This document shows positions 9,581-19,384 of a DNA stretch of 64,000 nt, piece by piece (within the stretch, counting starts at the first letter, position 1; each line of letters begins with the position of its first letter). Source of the DNA: Spirochaetaceae bacterium (GTDB lineage Bacteria; Spirochaetota; Spirochaetia; DSM-2461); assembly GCA_965224705.1 (NCBI GenBank), contig OZ245056.1, forward strand, positions 1,504,001 through 1,568,000, in the 5' to 3' direction. The notes below the pieces were generated by a model. The model was given only the letters and a program-made list of their open reading frames with translations. It was not told the origin of the DNA and did not search any database. The translations under genes were made by a program, and so were the position numbers.

Positions 9581-11572
9581 CTAGAACAAAAAGCCGGTCT
9601 GGATCTGGAATATGCCGGTGGGGATAAATTCAGAATAGCTAAGGCCATACAAAATAGAAAGCGCACCGCCGATGTCGATGAACCAGCGTTTCACCGGGGC
9701 TATCCGCACACCCAGCCCTAAATCCAAAGGCACAGACATAGAAAAACCTCCCCCCGAAAAGTAGGCAATTCCAAGATCCGAATATCCATACACATTCACC
9801 GGGATGGCCCAGGCGGTTTTGTAGCGAACGCCTGTAGAGAATCCCACCCAGGGGTTGTCGGTGTAGGGGTAGGAGAATCTGGTGTCGGTGTAGGTGGAGG
9901 TGCCTGCTGAGAAACCCATAGTCCAGGCCCAGTTCCGGCTGAAGTTGCGGGCATAATGGATGCTTCCTCCAACGATGGATGAGAATGAGTCTGATGTGTA
10001 TGAGAAATCACTCCTGGCGACAAAGCCGACAGACAACTCATGGGACTTGCTGCTTCCCACCAGTTTGCCGGATCTGCCCTTATTCTGCCTTACCTCCCCG
10101 GTGAAGCTGCCCTCCGGCAGGGAGATGCGGGCATCGCCCACCGCTGCTCCCACTTTTTTGCGCCCCTCCACATACACGTCCTCCAGAACAATGTCTGTTA
10201 TGCGGGCCTTATTGCCGGTTCTACCGAACAGCCCCACGTGGTCTTCGGCGGGGCGGGAGATGTAGAGGCGGCTGATACTGTGACCGCTGCCGTCAAAGGT
10301 GCCGGTGAATTCTTTCGCACCGCTCCGGCTATGACCTATGGGTTGGAAGTTGTGATCACCCAGGCCATCGCCATCGGCATCGGGGAAGCTGATATCGGCC
10401 ATCTGGGTGTAGGCCCCCGCCGTGTTCTGCCGCATGGCCTGCAGATCCTGCCAGGCATATATCTCCGATGGGCGGTAGGAAAGCGCGAATTCGCGGCTGT
10501 CGGAGCCGCGGGATAGGACAAGCACCACCGCACTGCGGCCCTGCACCGTGGAGGTGAAGTCTGTTATGTCTTTTGCAAAGAGCTGGAACCGTCCATCCAG
10601 AATTGTTTGGGAGCCGCTTGCACCGCCCAGCTGCCACTGATAGCTGCCGCCGGGTACCGGAGCTGCCGTAATCACGGGTGTTCCGGCGAGAGCGGGGTCT
10701 TTTATTGCCTGACCCAGGATGCTGTGCTCGCCGGAGTAGGTGCTTAAAACCGCCTCGTCCAGCGATGAGGCGGCGGTGTAGGCGGGCAGATCCGGCCTGT
10801 TACCGTCCAGGGCCGCTGCCAGGCTGGGCGTACCCGTCGGATCGCCAAAGAAGAAATTTGATGTCATGCTGGAGTTGCGCCACGGCACCTGATTGCGGTT
10901 CATCCTGGTGGTTTCGGCAGTAACCAATTTCATCAGATCGTCCACTTCCAGCCCCGGCTCGCGGATGTAGCTCAGCAGGGCGGCGGTGAAAAAGCCGTTC
11001 CTGCCAGCGGGATTGTCACCTGCTGTCTTGCCGGGCGAGGTGGAATAGATGATCATGGACTCGGGCGGCTGAACACGGACGATGGCCAGGCCCTTCTCGC
11101 CGCTTCGGGCATAGCCGGGGTAGGGGTTGTCGCGGCAGGAATCCAGGATGATAATGTTCTTCTGGTTTCTGGACTGCTCCATCTTGCTCATCAGCAGATC
11201 CACCGGCACGCCAAAGTACTCCAACTCGTCCTGGCTTTGAATGTCGGCATCAACCGGGATGATGTAGTTCTGGCCGCTTACCTGGGCACCGTGGCCGGAG
11301 TAGTAGAACAGGCCGGTGGAATCCCTGTTCAGGCTGTTGCCAAAGTCGCGCACTGCCTGGATGGTTTGCCTCTTGTCGGCATCCACCAGAGTGGTAACGC
11401 TGAACCCCAACTCCGTTAAAACCGCCGACATGTCGGCGGCATCGTTGACGGGGTTCTTCAGCGGATTGGAGGTGTAGGCACTGTTGCCTATCACCAGGGC
11501 CAGCCGCTCCTGGGCGAACAAAGCCGTGCACATCAGAGACAGTAATGTCAGTAAGAAGCATTTTTTCATCAT
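9581..11572 (-). CDS. Secreted caspase-like (C14)-GLUG-beta-barrel protein, copy 2
   Basis: Caspase domain identical in protein sequence to copy 1; differences cluster in C-terminal barrel loops. Confidence 0.8.
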   Translation of the reverse strand: MMKKCFLLTLLSLMCTALFAQERLALVIGNSAYTSNPLKNPVNDAADMSAVLTELGFSVTTLVDADKRQTIQAVRDFGNSLNRDSTGLFYYSGHGAQVSGQNYIIPVDADIQSQDELEYFGVPVDLLMSKMEQSRNQKNIIILDSCRDNPYPGYARSGEKGLAIVRVQPPESMIIYSTSPGKTAGDNPAGRNGFFTAALLSYIREPGLEVDDLMKLVTAETTRMNRNQVPWRNSSMTSNFFFGDPTGTPSLAAALDGNRPDLPAYTAASSLDEAVLSTYSGEHSILGQAIKDPALAGTPVITAAPVPGGSYQWQLGGASGSQTILDGRFQLFAKDITDFTSTVQGRSAVVLVLSRGSDSREFALSYRPSEIYAWQDLQAMRQNTAGAYTQMADISFPDADGDGLGDHNFQPIGHSRSGAKEFTGTFDGSGHSISRLYISRPAEDHVGLFGRTGNKARITDIVLEDVYVEGRKKVGAAVGDARISLPEGSFTGEVRQNKGRSGKLVGSSKSHELSVGFVARSDFSYTSDSFSSIVGGSIHYARNFSRNWAWTMGFSAGTSTYTDTRFSYPYTDNPWVGFSTGVRYKTAWAIPVNVYGYSDLGIAYFSGGGFSMSVPLDLGLGVRIAPVKRWFIDIGGALSILYGLSYSEFIPTGIFQIQTGFLF

Positions 11573-11747
11573 AGCAATCCTTTGTATCGCAATTCACCTG
11601 AACGGAACTGGTTTTCAGTCACACCCCAATTCTTACACACTGTTGAAGAACTGTTATAGGAGGCCGCTAAAAACGGTTTTGCGCCCCGATCAATCTATTA
11701 GCATGCATCAAATAGAATTATTACGCAACCCGGAATCTCTCTTCGTC

Positions 11748-11969
11748 CAGGGCAATCTCATTCTATCCCCACAAGGATAAAAAAACTGATTCTGGGGGAT
11801 CGAATGAAGTTTTCTTCAATAGTAGGAGTTTGTCAACTTTTCGTTATCGTTGTGAGGGGAATAATCACCTTGAACACTCTGCGCTCTCTGCGTCCTCTGC
11901 GGTTAAAAAACCATGGTAAGAAATTACCTTAAACACTCTGGTTAGTGGATTTCAGATGCGATTGCCCTG
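11748..11969 (-). mobile_element. ISAs1-type MITE, diverged and inverted copy
   Basis: CAGGGCAATC...GATGCGATTGCCCTG termini; reverse-complement homology to 22701-22914 and 34263-34476; no TSD. Confidence 0.75.
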
Positions 11970-12024
11970 GCCCGGTGAAGAAAAGCGCACAGCACGCGGC
12001 CAATTCCTCCTTCCCGGCGATCTG

Positions 12025-14850
12025 TCAGTCCTGCTTGCCGGGCGGGATATTGGCCGTGAGATAATCGTGTATTCTGCGGTGAACCCGGGCCTCATTGAGC
12101 TGATATCCGAGGGACCGTATCTCCTGTTCGTCTTTTCTGTGGCGTGCGAGAATAACGGACAACTGAGCTTCCAGGGCCGTTCGTCTCCACATAGGATCGT
12201 CCATCCGTGCATTCAGCTCCGCAGCCCGGTTTTTTTCGTTTTCAATGTCTTCTGCAGTTACATAATCTGTGTATGGGTATGCCCCAAAGTCTTCTCTATA
12301 GTGGGGTGTCTCCAGAACCACATCCATGTCTGGTATGACTGTCCTGTTGTTTTTCTCTACCTGAAGCTTCAGCGTGAAAATCTCTTTGGATTTCACCTGG
12401 AATTCTACGAATCCTTTGTTGACGGGCAGGGAGACGAGATCTTTTTCCATGAAGTCAGTCAGGGAGGCCTTCTCGGCGGCATAAGAGGTTTGGAACGCGA
12501 CTTTCGTCGTTTTGTCGGAGAGATTCACGCCCCGAACGATCAGCCCACTGCCGTCTTCGCTGCGTTTGATGCCGGTGACTTTGACACATCCGGCACTGTC
12601 TTTCAGGCTAAACCAGGACTGCTCGCTGCCCAGAGGTCCATCGTGGGCAACGGAGGATATCACGATCACATCGTTGTTGAACTCATCCGCCTGGGCCGTA
12701 ATCCCGGAGTAGGCGTCCCCGGTATGGGGACAGACGGCGTATTCGAAGGTCATTTCCCGCAGACACTGGGCGTCGGGGGTGTAAATCTCGGGGCCGGCAT
12801 CTCCAATTCTTGTGTTGATTTTTTTGGCAATCCAGCCAACGGAACGGAACAGGGTAAGAGCTGCAGTGCCGCCGTCGACAATCTGATACTCCGGCAGACC
12901 TTTGCTGAAGACAGCCATTCCCTCCCGGCCATCGTTCAAGTCCAGAAATTCCCTTGTGTGGAAATAGGTTGACGGCTCGGATTCCCGGGCCCCCACAATC
13001 ACTTTTGCCACATGTTCCGGGACTTCTTCGCTGTATTGGGTTCTATGAATCGGCCGTTCGGTAATGTCGAAGGGGCTGGCGGCAAAGGCCGTTTCCGCCT
13101 TGAATCCCGTCGGAAAGAGAGTCCTCACCCGATGATCTTTCACGGTATTCTTGAGACAGGTGCGGCATTTCACCACCGGGGAATCCGCTTCAACGGTGTA
13201 GTAGCTCACCACGGGCATTGCCGCAGTTTCACGGCTCCGTTCCGTGTGGCTGTTGGTATCCGAGACCGGAAGATCCATCTGGTAGGATACTTTGAAACAA
13301 GCTTCCCACGGGGTATCCCTCAGCAGCGAAATCCGGGCCTTTGCACATTCCGTGGTAATCACCCGGTCTTTATCGGGATAGGAGTAATTGTATTCGTCCC
13401 CGGAATCACCCATGTCCTCCAGAATCCCGAGATTTCGATAACTTCGGTGAGTCTCCTTGAAATAAAGGTTGAATGAGCCGTTGTCGTTCAAGACAAAGCG
13501 AATCCGGCTGTTTTCCGAGAATCGGGGGCCGGTTTTCAGCGGTTCATTGACTGAATCCTGTTCAGTCACCACCTTGAAGCCCATGGCCGGAATGTTTCGG
13601 ACGAAGCGCGACTCGCCCTTCCACTGGACAACGGCACTGCGCTGCCGAAGCATTGTGTTGAAGACGATCATGGCTTCATGCCCAGAGGCCGAGGAAGTAT
13701 CCGCCAGGGCGGCAATGGTGGAGAGCTTGTCCTCCAGCAATGAGTGGGCAAGTTGGTGAACCTGACGGTTTCGCTGCTCCATATCGAGGTGAACGTTGTC
13801 AATGCTAACCCCGCAGATGCTGTCATGGGGGTGGTTTTTCAATAGGAGTTTCCAGGCCTGATCAATCTGGTTTTTTCCGTAGTCATCTCCCAACTGACTG
13901 GCGAGCAGAGCCAGGGGTTCCACCCGCTGTTCAAGCAATTTCTGCATCTGGTCGTTCTGGATTTTCAGGTACATCCGGGAGGACATGACACCGGGAAACA
14001 CCGATATGAACCGGCCATCGTAGAGGGCCCCCGTCAGAACCGGTAGATCCGGCTTCTCGGCGGCAATGGCGCGAATGTAACTGTCGGGGTCGTTCTGAAT
14101 GGTTTCGTAGTTCTCGCCGTTGAGTTTGCCGGTTCGGATATAGGGCTGAATATCATCGGGAATCATCTCCTGATCGTATCCGTTCATCATCAGGAGATTG
14201 GAGGTGGTGGCAAAAGGTTTGAGTTTTTTCACCTCCATCTCCATCCGCTTCTGCATGATGTCGCCGTACTCTGCCAGTCTCATGACATTGCGATAGCTGT
14301 TCAGCAAGTAGATTGCAAGTATCTGGGTGCCATCGGGAGATTCCCAGAGGAATTCCGAGGTTACGTGCTGAGGATCCATGGCCACGCCTCTCCAGACGAA
14401 GAGTCCTTCGAGACCGGCCAGCTTATGGATTTGTGCCGTTTGGGAAATCTGGCCGAAGTTATCCAGCAGCCATCCCGATTTCATGCCTCCGCCGAGGGAG
14501 TCGGCAAGCTTCCCACCGATCAGAAGATTGCGTACCAGAGACTCCTCACTGAGAAGCTGCCAGTCGGGCTGCAGGTAGTAGGGGCCGATGAATAGAGCTT
14601 GCCGCTCAACATGGAACCTGAGTGTCCGTTTGGCATCGGAAACCGACATGCCGTTTTTTGAGAGTTCCTCGAAGTAGTCTTCAACCATGGACAATTGGCC
14701 GTCGAGGACAAACTTATAATCCGGTTCCTTCTTGAGCATGGAAAACAAACTGTCGAAGAATGGGATCAGCCATTCATTTGTGTAGGGACTGTTAAGATAC
14801 CACTCCCGATCCCAATGAGTGTGGGAAAGAATATGAGCTGTGTAGTTCAT
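12025..14850 (-). CDS. GH38 alpha-mannosidase / mannosylglycerate hydrolase-like
   Basis: SHTHWDREWY, FVLDGQ, DNFGQ, HPHDSICGVS. Confidence 0.9.
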   Translation of the reverse strand: MNYTAHILSHTHWDREWYLNSPYTNEWLIPFFDSLFSMLKKEPDYKFVLDGQLSMVEDYFEELSKNGMSVSDAKRTLRFHVERQALFIGPYYLQPDWQLLSEESLVRNLLIGGKLADSLGGGMKSGWLLDNFGQISQTAQIHKLAGLEGLFVWRGVAMDPQHVTSEFLWESPDGTQILAIYLLNSYRNVMRLAEYGDIMQKRMEMEVKKLKPFATTSNLLMMNGYDQEMIPDDIQPYIRTGKLNGENYETIQNDPDSYIRAIAAEKPDLPVLTGALYDGRFISVFPGVMSSRMYLKIQNDQMQKLLEQRVEPLALLASQLGDDYGKNQIDQAWKLLLKNHPHDSICGVSIDNVHLDMEQRNRQVHQLAHSLLEDKLSTIAALADTSSASGHEAMIVFNTMLRQRSAVVQWKGESRFVRNIPAMGFKVVTEQDSVNEPLKTGPRFSENSRIRFVLNDNGSFNLYFKETHRSYRNLGILEDMGDSGDEYNYSYPDKDRVITTECAKARISLLRDTPWEACFKVSYQMDLPVSDTNSHTERSRETAAMPVVSYYTVEADSPVVKCRTCLKNTVKDHRVRTLFPTGFKAETAFAASPFDITERPIHRTQYSEEVPEHVAKVIVGARESEPSTYFHTREFLDLNDGREGMAVFSKGLPEYQIVDGGTAALTLFRSVGWIAKKINTRIGDAGPEIYTPDAQCLREMTFEYAVCPHTGDAYSGITAQADEFNNDVIVISSVAHDGPLGSEQSWFSLKDSAGCVKVTGIKRSEDGSGLIVRGVNLSDKTTKVAFQTSYAAEKASLTDFMEKDLVSLPVNKGFVEFQVKSKEIFTLKLQVEKNNRTVIPDMDVVLETPHYREDFGAYPYTDYVTAEDIENEKNRAAELNARMDDPMWRRTALEAQLSVILARHRKDEQEIRSLGYQLNEARVHRRIHDYLTANIPPGKQD

Positions 14851-15013
14851 AGGCACCTCTAAAAAACCCGATTTCGGAATCTGGCGCAGAGATTTTTCAC
14901 TGATACAAGGCGACAAAAGCGGAGCGTAGCTGGGCTACGTGAGCATTTTGGCAACGCAGTAGCAGTGGTAAGGATCAAGCCAGAAACGGAATAGGTGTTT
15001 TTTAGAGGTACCT
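14851..15013. mobile_element. 163-bp MITE with AGG(C/T)ACCTCTAAAAAAC inverted repeats
   Basis: 17-bp IRs with one mismatch; 4-bp TSD TCAT at 14847-14850 and 15014-15017. Confidence 0.8.
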
Positions 15014-15022
15014 TCATATGCT

Positions 15023-15973
15023 TTAGCCCTTAACTCCACCTTCGGATAGTCCGGAAACCATGTTCTTCGCCAGCATGAAGAAGAAGAGGATGATTGGAGC
15101 GAGGGTCATGGTGGATGCCGCCATGATGCGGTCCCAGATGCTGTTCTTCGAGTGAAAAAGGGCCTGAATGGCGACCGAAAGAGTCCGCATGTCGCTAAAG
15201 GGCTTGAGGAAGACCGATGCGTAGAGGTACTCGTTCCACGCAATAATGAAGCAGTAGACAAATACGGTGATCAACACCGGCCTGGAGAGAGGAACGACAA
15301 TCTTCACGATTATCTGCAATCTCCCGTATCCGTCGATCAGTGCCGCCTCTTCAATGGACTTTGAAATACCGCGGAAGTAGTTACCCAGCATATACAGTGC
15401 GAGGGGGAGGGTTTGCATAATGTAGATGAGAATCATGTAAATGAAGACACCTACAGGACTTTTTGTGAATCCCAGAGACGTTCCCATTTGGTAGAGGGGA
15501 ACCATGAGAATCACTCCCCCAAGGAGATAGACGAATAAGGTGCCCCGTCTGAGCAGGGCTCGGCCCCGGAATTCCAGTCGGGCCAGCGCGTAGGCCGCAA
15601 ATACCGCGAGAGTCATAGAGAACATGGTCGCGGCGATAGAAAGGACGAAGGAGTTCAGCATGTAGCGGGGGAAGGGAAAAGGATTCTTGTCCTGGTATTT
15701 CTCCATAAGGAGCTGCCGCTGTTCCTCCGTTAGCCTGGGATTGTCCAGTATTGCCTTGATCGCCTCGTTCTGGGCTGCGTCGATTGGTTTAAATCCCAGG
15801 ATTTCCTTGTATGAATCCCATCTGACTTTTGAGGGTATCAGCGAAGGATTGGCCATGTCCTGAACATCTTTCAGGGAAACCGAGATAATCTGCAGGAACG
15901 GGAAAAGGCAGAAAAGGACGATGGCGATGACGGCCGCTCCCACCAGCGTGTTATTGACAATTCTTTTCATCAT
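15023..15973 (-). CDS. Carbohydrate ABC transporter permease (MalG-like)
   Basis: EEAALIDG EAA motif, AWNEYLYA, TM segments. Confidence 0.92.
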   Translation of the reverse strand: MMKRIVNNTLVGAAVIAIVLFCLFPFLQIISVSLKDVQDMANPSLIPSKVRWDSYKEILGFKPIDAAQNEAIKAILDNPRLTEEQRQLLMEKYQDKNPFPFPRYMLNSFVLSIAATMFSMTLAVFAAYALARLEFRGRALLRRGTLFVYLLGGVILMVPLYQMGTSLGFTKSPVGVFIYMILIYIMQTLPLALYMLGNYFRGISKSIEEAALIDGYGRLQIIVKIVVPLSRPVLITVFVYCFIIAWNEYLYASVFLKPFSDMRTLSVAIQALFHSKNSIWDRIMAASTMTLAPIILFFFMLAKNMVSGLSEGGVKG

Positions 15974-15977
15974 GTGC

Positions 15978-16847
15978 CTACCACTTCAGAATCTTTTTGA
16001 TGTAATAAACGATGCCGATACCAACCAGCGCCAATTGAATGAACGCGGCCGCAGCGGCCAATCCCTGATCAATCACACCCGCGAATGCCTGCTCATAAAT
16101 GAATACCGATAGAGTCTTGATTTGGGGCGAAAGGAGGTAGATATCCTCGAAGCGATTCAGGTTCCAGATTATTCTCAAAAGAATGGTTGTCCCCAGAACG
16201 AATTCGATTTCCGGCAGGGTGATTTTCCAGAAGCACTGCCACGAGTTGGCCCCATCAATTCTCGCCGCTTCGTACATGCTCTTGTCGATGATTTGTAATC
16301 GGGAAAGGACGAGCAGGTAGGTGATGGGGAAGTATTTCCACGTTGTAAATGCGATCAAAACCCAGAGGACCGATTCGGGATCTCCGATCAGATTCGTATC
16401 CGGGCTGATCAGGTGCAGCTTGTCGGCAAAAATGAAATTGAAAATTCCATTCACGGGGTCGAAAATAAACTGCCATCCAAACACCATGGAGATTACCGGC
16501 GCGAAGTAGGGCAGTATAATGAGGGTTCGGGCCAGGGAGCGCAGGGGAAAGGTCCTGTTCATCAGAAGTGCTGTCCCCAGCCCGAGGAGTGTCGATCCCG
16601 CTACCGATCCAAGGAGGAACAGAAGTGTCGTCCAGAGCGAACCGTAGTATCTGGGGTTCGACAAAAGGTTTTTGTAATTACTCAGCCCGATGAAGGTTCG
16701 AGTTCCGTCGAGTTTGACATCGAAAAAGCTCAGGATGAAATTAAGAACTGTCGGGTAGGCGATGAGAATACTGACGACCAGAACGGCTGGCGCAACCAGT
16801 CCCCAGGCCATTCTTTCGTCTTTTCTTCCTGCTGTCCCGACAGTCAT
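15978..16847 (-). CDS. Carbohydrate ABC transporter permease (MalF-like)
   Basis: FIGLSNY, YEAARIDGA; start trimmed to MTVGTAG. Confidence 0.92.
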   Translation of the reverse strand: MTVGTAGRKDERMAWGLVAPAVLVVSILIAYPTVLNFILSFFDVKLDGTRTFIGLSNYKNLLSNPRYYGSLWTTLLFLLGSVAGSTLLGLGTALLMNRTFPLRSLARTLIILPYFAPVISMVFGWQFIFDPVNGIFNFIFADKLHLISPDTNLIGDPESVLWVLIAFTTWKYFPITYLLVLSRLQIIDKSMYEAARIDGANSWQCFWKITLPEIEFVLGTTILLRIIWNLNRFEDIYLLSPQIKTLSVFIYEQAFAGVIDQGLAAAAAFIQLALVGIGIVYYIKKILKW

Positions 16848-16857
16848 CTGCTTGCTC

Positions 16858-18243
16858 CTATTGTTCGAGTAGGCGGGCCATTTCTTTCGCGGCGGCGGCA
16901 ATTTCAGCGTCGATGTCTTTGTTCTCAATTGTAATACTGTAAAGCATCTGAGCCAGAATATTTTTGGAGAGAATGGTTGCGGATTCGGGTAAGACGATTC
17001 CATCTTTCTCCAGGAAGTCCTGGATGTTTCCCAGGCCGCTGGCAATCTCCATGATTTTGTCTCTTCCATAGCGGGAGTACACGCCCTTGGGGTCGTCCAG
17101 GAACGCATCCGACTTCAATACGGCGTTTGTCGTCGGCAGGAGTCCGCCGGGCTGAATATGAACATAGGGGATGTAATTTTCCTCGGCCATGAAGTACTCG
17201 GCAAGTCTCTTGGCAGCGGCGGTTTTCGCTTCGTCCCCGGTCTTCAGCACACTCAGCGACATTATCTCGCCGTATCCTGTACTGTCGGAATTGGAAATAG
17301 TGGAAATGAAACCGGTGTTGTTCACGAGATTCTCATCAAACTCGCCGCCTTCAAGGTCGGAAAAATTCTCGGAAGAGAGGGACGAAGCGGCGACTTCGGC
17401 GATGGACAGATCGTCCATGATGTAGGTGGAGTAGTAGAACATTGCCATCTTACCCTGAAGGTAGTAGTCCCGGGCTCTCCAGGTTTGGGGACCCGGCGGG
17501 GTATACTGAGAGAGTTCTTTGTAGTATTCGACAGTTTCCCGAAATTCCGGTGAAGAGAGGGCAAGATTGCCTTTAGAATCGAACAGATGGGCACCGTTGG
17601 CGGTGGCCAGATGGGTGAACACTTGCTGCGTGTAGTTTTCGGGTTTTGTGCCGATGAGGATGCCGTACTGTTTTTTGGCCGGATCGGTGAAGTATTCCGC
17701 GGCCTTGAGGATGGCATCCCAGGTGGTGGGCGGTTCAAGGCCGGCATCTTCAAACCAGTCGGTTCGGTACCAAAAACCCTGGGCCGTGAAATGGAAGGGG
17801 ATGCCGAAGAGGCGTCCGTCACCCATCCGCATCTTATCCACTGAACCGGGATAGAACGCGTTCTGACCAACGCTCTTGACGACTTCAGCGTTTGCCTCGG
17901 CGTTGACCAGGCCCTCTTCCAGGAAACTCATCGCGTAGAAACTCTGGATTTCAACCAGGTCGGGACGATTGGCTTCACCGGCGGCAGCCAGTTGGGCGGT
18001 AAATTCATTCTCTTCAACCGGCAGCATGGTGACTTTGATGTCGGGATTGAGAGTCTCGAAGACATCCAGGATCAGTTGAATTTGTTCCTGGCGTTCACTT
18101 TGGGTTTGTCGGGTCCAGAACTGGATCTCCACAGGCTCCTGGGCCTTGCCCGCATCTTCCGACGTGCCATTGCCGAACAGCATGCCCTGGATGGTGAGCA
18201 TGATAAGAGTCCAGAGAAAAGTGACCTTCATAAAACGTTTCAT
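16858..18243 (-). CDS. Sugar ABC transporter substrate-binding protein
   Basis: Spirochaete-type leader (LFGNG), YRTDWF..PPTTWD; AGGAGG RBS. Confidence 0.9.
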   Translation of the reverse strand: MKRFMKVTFLWTLIMLTIQGMLFGNGTSEDAGKAQEPVEIQFWTRQTQSERQEQIQLILDVFETLNPDIKVTMLPVEENEFTAQLAAAGEANRPDLVEIQSFYAMSFLEEGLVNAEANAEVVKSVGQNAFYPGSVDKMRMGDGRLFGIPFHFTAQGFWYRTDWFEDAGLEPPTTWDAILKAAEYFTDPAKKQYGILIGTKPENYTQQVFTHLATANGAHLFDSKGNLALSSPEFRETVEYYKELSQYTPPGPQTWRARDYYLQGKMAMFYYSTYIMDDLSIAEVAASSLSSENFSDLEGGEFDENLVNNTGFISTISNSDSTGYGEIMSLSVLKTGDEAKTAAAKRLAEYFMAEENYIPYVHIQPGGLLPTTNAVLKSDAFLDDPKGVYSRYGRDKIMEIASGLGNIQDFLEKDGIVLPESATILSKNILAQMLYSITIENKDIDAEIAAAAKEMARLLEQ

Positions 18244-18260
18244 TAGAACCTCCTTTAATT

Positions 18261-18385
18261 AATGCAAATTGCATTCAAATTATGCAATTAAGATAGTAGC
18301 GGGCAAGTTTCTTGCTGTCAAACAAAATATAGGAATCTGTTGCAAATTTTTCCGAAATGCATTAAAATTGTATGCAATTTGCATA
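18261..18385. promoter_or_regulatory. Two palindromic operator-like sites (AATGCAAATTGCATT 18261-18275; TATGCAATTTGCATA 18371-18385)
   Basis: Related palindromes in the divergent gap between the ABC operon and a LacI regulator. Confidence 0.65.
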
Positions 18386-18411
18386 AAACAGTCGTGCCGA
18401 GGAGTTTTTTC

Positions 18412-19380
18412 TTGATAACCATATCCGATGTTGCCCGTCACTGCGGCGTCAATGAATCAACCGTCTCCCGGGTCCTCAACAACAATCCAACGATCAGCCG
18501 GGATACCGCTCAAAAGGTCCGCCGCGCCGTTGAGGAACTTGGCTATACCCCAATCCGGAAGCACAAGAATAGACGGAAATCCGATGAGATCATGCTGGTA
18601 ATGCCGAACACATCCCTCTACACGCTGGGATCCACCGTGAAGGAGATGGCCCTCACCCTCGATGAGCTGAACTACGATATCCGCATTGTCAATCTCCACC
18701 AAAAACGCCGAATTGATCCCGAAACGGCCAGGGAACTCTGCTCAAAGGGGACGGCCGGTATCATTCTCTATGGGTGCATCGTTCCCGAGGAGACGGCCCG
18801 GGTTTTCTACAACAGGAATATGCCGGTGGTTGTCCAGCAGGGTCAGACAAAGCATCTGGTTTCGGTGTGCGTGAACAATTACAACGGAATGAGAGACGCG
18901 GTAAGTTATGTCTTATCCCGGGGGTATGAAAATGTCGGATTCATCGCCTGGGAGCCATTGGATTACAATGTCAGAACCCGATTTGACAGTTTCCGGAATG
19001 TTCTTGAGGAGAGCGGCCTGAGCAGCGGCATGAACGCATTTGGTCAATTGAATCTCGACGGCGGATACCAGGCGACGATGGATCTTCTGGATGCTCATCA
19101 GGTGGATGCCATTGTCTATGCCACAGACATCATGGCGTTCGGCGGTATCAAATACCTGAATGAAGAAGGTATCCACTATCCCAGGGACATAGGCCTGGTG
19201 GGGTTTGACGATTCCTACATGTCCGAGATTCTCGGGCTGTCATCCATGTATCAGCTTCTGGATGAAAACGCCGACCTGGTTATCGAAAATCTTCTCTGGA
19301 TGATAGAGAATCAAACCGTCAGCCCGGCGAAGGAAATACTTCTGACACCGAAGCTGGCGGTGAGGGATTCGCTGCGGTGA
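18412..19380 (+). CDS. LacI-family transcriptional regulator
   Basis: TISDVARHCGVNESTVSRVLN HTH, LVGFDD; TTG start after GAGGAG. Confidence 0.92.
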   Translation: MITISDVARHCGVNESTVSRVLNNNPTISRDTAQKVRRAVEELGYTPIRKHKNRRKSDEIMLVMPNTSLYTLGSTVKEMALTLDELNYDIRIVNLHQKRRIDPETARELCSKGTAGIILYGCIVPEETARVFYNRNMPVVVQQGQTKHLVSVCVNNYNGMRDAVSYVLSRGYENVGFIAWEPLDYNVRTRFDSFRNVLEESGLSSGMNAFGQLNLDGGYQATMDLLDAHQVDAIVYATDIMAFGGIKYLNEEGIHYPRDIGLVGFDDSYMSEILGLSSMYQLLDENADLVIENLLWMIENQTVSPAKEILLTPKLAVRDSLR

Positions 19381-19384
19381 TAAT

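Noticed and set aside
11956..12972. 338-aa plus-strand ORF and other long antisense ORFs (8770-9528, 20503-21411, 43900-44808, 45794-46675)
   Set aside because: Shadow frames opposite well-supported genes, with no recognisable motifs
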